Positions 26,308-29,295 of a stretch of 29,295 bases of DNA are shown in pieces. The notes beneath the pieces are model-generated. The model did no database searches, was not told the origin of the DNA, and was given only the letters and a program-made list of their open reading frames with translations. Made by a program: the position numbers and the translations under genes. How positions within the stretch are numbered: position 1 is the first letter of the stretch; the number at the start of each line of letters is the position of its first letter. Origin of the DNA: Planctomycetota bacterium (lineage in GTDB: Bacteria > Planctomycetota > B15-G4 > JADJEK01); NCBI GenBank assembly GCA_044225365.1, contig JBGAIQ010000064.1, forward strand, positions 1 through 29,295, given 5' to 3'.

Positions 26308-28382
26308 CGAACCCGGCCTCCGACCCCACGGCGCAGCCTCGCCACGACCTGCTCGCCGCGGGACTCTGCGTCGCGTCCGTGATCGCCTCGTTCGTGCTGC
26401 CTCGCGGACTCCTCGCCAGCACGCTCGCGATCCTCGCCGCCGTCTGGCCCGCGGGGCATCTCGCGGTGTCGCTCGTCGCGCCGCGCCTTCGCGGCAGCCT
26501 CCGCCTCGCGCTCGCCCTCGCCCTCTCGCCCTTCGTGCTCGGCGTCGTGATGACCGTGCTGATGCTCGTCGGCGTCGACGCGCACACGAGCAGCGTCGTG
26601 AGCCTGCTCGCGATCGGCGGCGGACTCGTGTTCACGGCGCTGCGCAAGACGCCCGACCTGAAGATCGCAGTCGCCCCGCCGCTCGGTCGCCCCGGACTCG
26701 CCGTCGCATTCGTTCTCACGGCGCTCGTCGCCTGGCCGCTCGCGCAGAGCAACCGGGTGCGAACGTCGATCCACGGCATGCTGCATTCGTCGCTGCTGTT
26801 CGAGCTGATGGATCGGGGCGCACCGCCCGGCAATCCCTTCTTCGCGGGTCAGCCGCTGCGGTACTACTGGACGTGGCACCTCGCGATCGCGGCGCCGGTC
26901 GAACTCTCCGGCGTCGATCCGACGATCGGATTCGCCGCGACGAACGTCGCCGCCGCGCTCGCCTTCCTGATCCTCCTCGGACACCTCGGGATCTTCCTCG
27001 GCTCGATCGTGTTCGACGAGGAACGGGCGCGAAGGAGCAAGGATCGCCTCGCGGCGTTCGCCATCCTCCTCGGCTTCACGAGCCTCAATCCGCTCGGAGC
27101 CTTTCTGTTCCCGCACCAGTCCGAGGCGCTCGGCAAGCGGTTCTCGCCGCTCTCCCGGCTCGCCGCGGGCGACGACGTGATCGGCTACCTGCAGGCGCTG
27201 AAGCCGGGTGAGGACGATCGCATCAGCGCGACGCTGACGAAGTTCTTCAACGTCTCGTCGTTCCCGGGCGCGCTCGCTCTGCTCGCGGCCGCCTGGCTCT
27301 TCTCGGCGCGAACGCTGCGCCATCGCACGCTCGGCGATTTCGCGTGCACGCTGCTCGCGATCGCGGGATGCATCGCGCTCTCGCCCATCACGGGGCTCTC
27401 GGGCGGCCTTGCGCTCGGACTCGCGGGAACGATCGCACTGCTCGCGAACCTGCGCGACGTGGAGAAACGCAACGCTGCGCTCGCGACGCTCGGAGCTCTC
27501 GCGATCGGACTCGTCGCTTCTCTGCCCTTCGTCCTGCTCTCGGGCGGCGACGACGAAGGCTCGATCAAGTTCCTGCCGACCCTGAAGAAGCTGCGCGACG
27601 ACGCGCTGGCGCTCGCGCCCGCGTTCGTCCTCGCGCTGCCCGCGATCGTCCTCGCGATCCGCCGCGCCCGCACGACGGCGCTCGCGCTCGTGCTCTCGGC
27701 GCTCGCGTTGCCCTTGCTCGCCGTCGCGTTGAACTTCCCCGTGAACAGCGAATACAAACTGGTTCGCGAAGCTGCGCCGCTGCTCGGCGTCTTCCTCGCG
27801 CTCGCCGTCGACGTGCTCCTCGAGCGAAGGAAGGTCTTGTTCACGGCGCTCGCCGCCGCCGTCGTGCTGTTCTTCCTGCCGACGAACGTCCTCGCGTGGA
27901 ATGCCTATCGCACCAGCGCGCAAGCGAGCCTTCCGGTGACGTTCGACGGCAAGGAGTTCGTCCTCGACTCGAGCGCTCACCCGGTCGAGGAGCTCTACGA
28001 CTGGATCCGGAAGAACACGCCGATCGACGCCGTCCTGCTCGACGACGTCGACGTCGTCCATCACTTCGCGGGGCCCTTCCACGGCGCGGAGGCGCCCGCG
28101 CTTGCGCAGCGCGCGGTGTTCACCGACACCAAGAGCTACATGAACGACTTCGAGAAGACGGTCGATCAGCGCCTCCAACTCGTGCGCAGCTTCTTCTCGG
28201 GACGCCCGCTCGACTCGGATGCGATCGCGTTGCTCGAATCCCCGTCGCGGCCGATCTACGCGATCGTTCGCGCCGACTCGCCGCGCGCCGCCGCGAGCGC
28301 GCAGGCCGTGAGTCTCTCGCGGCGCTTCGAACGCGTCTTCGATTGTGCGGCAGGAAGGGTGTATCGATGGAAATCCAAGTGA
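26304..28382 (+). CDS. Large polytopic membrane protein, GT-C-like (resembles DUF2298/YYY-domain proteins)
   Basis: Numerous hydrophobic helices. Loop PPGNPFFAGQPLRYYW. C-terminal soluble domain beginning ELYDWIRKNTPIDAVLL. Stop/start overlaps with both neighbours. Confidence 0.68.
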   Translation: MTNPASDPTAQPRHDLLAAGLCVASVIASFVLPRGLLASTLAILAAVWPAGHLAVSLVAPRLRGSLRLALALALSPFVLGVVMTVLMLVGVDAHTSSVVSLLAIGGGLVFTALRKTPDLKIAVAPPLGRPGLAVAFVLTALVAWPLAQSNRVRTSIHGMLHSSLLFELMDRGAPPGNPFFAGQPLRYYWTWHLAIAAPVELSGVDPTIGFAATNVAAALAFLILLGHLGIFLGSIVFDEERARRSKDRLAAFAILLGFTSLNPLGAFLFPHQSEALGKRFSPLSRLAAGDDVIGYLQALKPGEDDRISATLTKFFNVSSFPGALALLAAAWLFSARTLRHRTLGDFACTLLAIAGCIALSPITGLSGGLALGLAGTIALLANLRDVEKRNAALATLGALAIGLVASLPFVLLSGGDDEGSIKFLPTLKKLRDDALALAPAFVLALPAIVLAIRRARTTALALVLSALALPLLAVALNFPVNSEYKLVREAAPLLGVFLALAVDVLLERRKVLFTALAAAVVLFFLPTNVLAWNAYRTSAQASLPVTFDGKEFVLDSSAHPVEELYDWIRKNTPIDAVLLDDVDVVHHFAGPFHGAEAPALAQRAVFTDTKSYMNDFEKTVDQRLQLVRSFFSGRPLDSDAIALLESPSRPIYAIVRADSPRAAASAQAVSLSRRFERVFDCAAGRVYRWKSK

Positions 28383-29295
28383 GCCGACGCCTGACCGTGC
28401 TCGCGACGGCGCTCGCACTCTCCTCGTTCTCCGCCTGCAGCAAGGAGAGCGCGCCGAAGTATCGCGGCGCGATCCTCATCACGATCGACACCGCACGCGC
28501 CGACCACTTCTCGTGCTACGGCTACGCGATGGCGACGACGCCGCGCATCGACGAGTTCGCGAAGGACGCCGTCCGCTTCGAGCGTGCGCTCGTCCCGATC
28601 CCGCGCACCACGCAATCGCTCGCGAGCATGATGACGGGCATCTACCCGCAGTTCACGGGAGTGCGAAACCTCTACGACACGCTCGCGCCCGAATACGAAA
28701 CGCTCGCCGAGCGACTTTCCGAAGCCGGGTACAAGACGGGCGCCATCGTCGAGATCCCGTTCTTCGGAGTGAAGGAGAACAAGCTCGTCGCCTTCGGCCT
28801 CGATCAGGGATTCGACAAACGATTCTTCACCGATCCGTCCCCGGGCGAATGGCGGGCGGAGGAGGTCACGCAGCGCGCATTGAAGTGGCTCGAGAAGAAC
28901 AAGGACGAGCGCTTCTTCCTGTGGATCCACTACCGCGATCCGCACGCGCCGTATTGGCCCCCCGAGCCATTCAAGAATCGCTTCGATCCGGGCTACCCGA
29001 AGGACGGCAAGCCGTACACGGGGCCGCTGCCCGAGTACTTCCACTACTGGCCGGTCGACGACAAGTTTCAGATGCAGATCCCTCCGGGGTCCTCGAAGGA
29101 GGAGCTGCAGGACGCGAAGGAGAAGCTGAAGTTCGGCGATTCGCCGCTCCTCTCTCCTCGCTTCGTCGAGCGCGCGACCGCGCTCTACGACGGCGAGATC
29201 GCCTACACCGACGACCAGATCGGCAAGCTCCTCGACGGAGTGAAGCGCCTCGGGCTGATGGACGAAGTCGTCACGGTCGTCTCCGCCGATCACGG
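28379..29295 (+). CDS. Sulfatase-like hydrolase/transferase, predicted lipoprotein, partial (runs off window)
   Basis: Not in the ORF track. GTG 28379 overlaps the previous stop. MSRRLTVLATALALSSFSA-C, ITIDTARADHFSCYGY, PIPRTTQSLASMMTGIYP, FLWIHYRDPHAPY, YDGEIAYTD, ends at SADH. Confidence 0.9.
   Translation, partial: MSRRLTVLATALALSSFSACSKESAPKYRGAILITIDTARADHFSCYGYAMATTPRIDEFAKDAVRFERALVPIPRTTQSLASMMTGIYPQFTGVRNLYDTLAPEYETLAERLSEAGYKTGAIVEIPFFGVKENKLVAFGLDQGFDKRFFTDPSPGEWRAEEVTQRALKWLEKNKDERFFLWIHYRDPHAPYWPPEPFKNRFDPGYPKDGKPYTGPLPEYFHYWPVDDKFQMQIPPGSSKEELQDAKEKLKFGDSPLLSPRFVERATALYDGEIAYTDDQIGKLLDGVKRLGLMDEVVTVVSADH

Noticed and set aside
28256-29293. 345-aa minus-strand ORF at the right edge
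   Set aside because: Antisense to the clear plus-strand sulfatase-like gene starting at 28379.

Overview
GC-rich bacterial DNA, most likely Planctomycetota (inferred from a membrane-anchored ECF sigma factor with a long C-terminal extension and from the style of the secreted proteins). The window is dominated by a mosaic cell-surface glycan biosynthesis/decoration locus. It holds three GT4 glycosyltransferases, a Wzx-type flippase, two GT-C-like integral membrane proteins, a GNAT protein and two B12-binding radical SAM enzymes. It also holds three sulfatase-fold proteins that all have Thr (T-x-x-S) in place of the C/S-x-P-x-R formylglycine motif. Secreted proteins (SBBP beta-propeller, beta-helix, hypothetical) and a TIM-barrel sugar-phosphate isomerase/epimerase are interspersed. 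Best leads: (1) the Thr-type 'sulfatases' as candidate LtaS/EptA-like extracytoplasmic transferases coupled to GT-C proteins; (2) a C-terminal domain apparently shared by two otherwise unrelated secreted proteins; (3) a perfect palindromic operator overlapping a TTGACA promoter of one radical SAM gene; (4) a REP/REPIN-like repeat family at two intergenic sites. No rRNA, tRNA, CRISPR array or transposase was seen. All calls are by-eye motif recognition with no database searches. Several starts were moved from the ORF track using RBS and stop/start overlap evidence.
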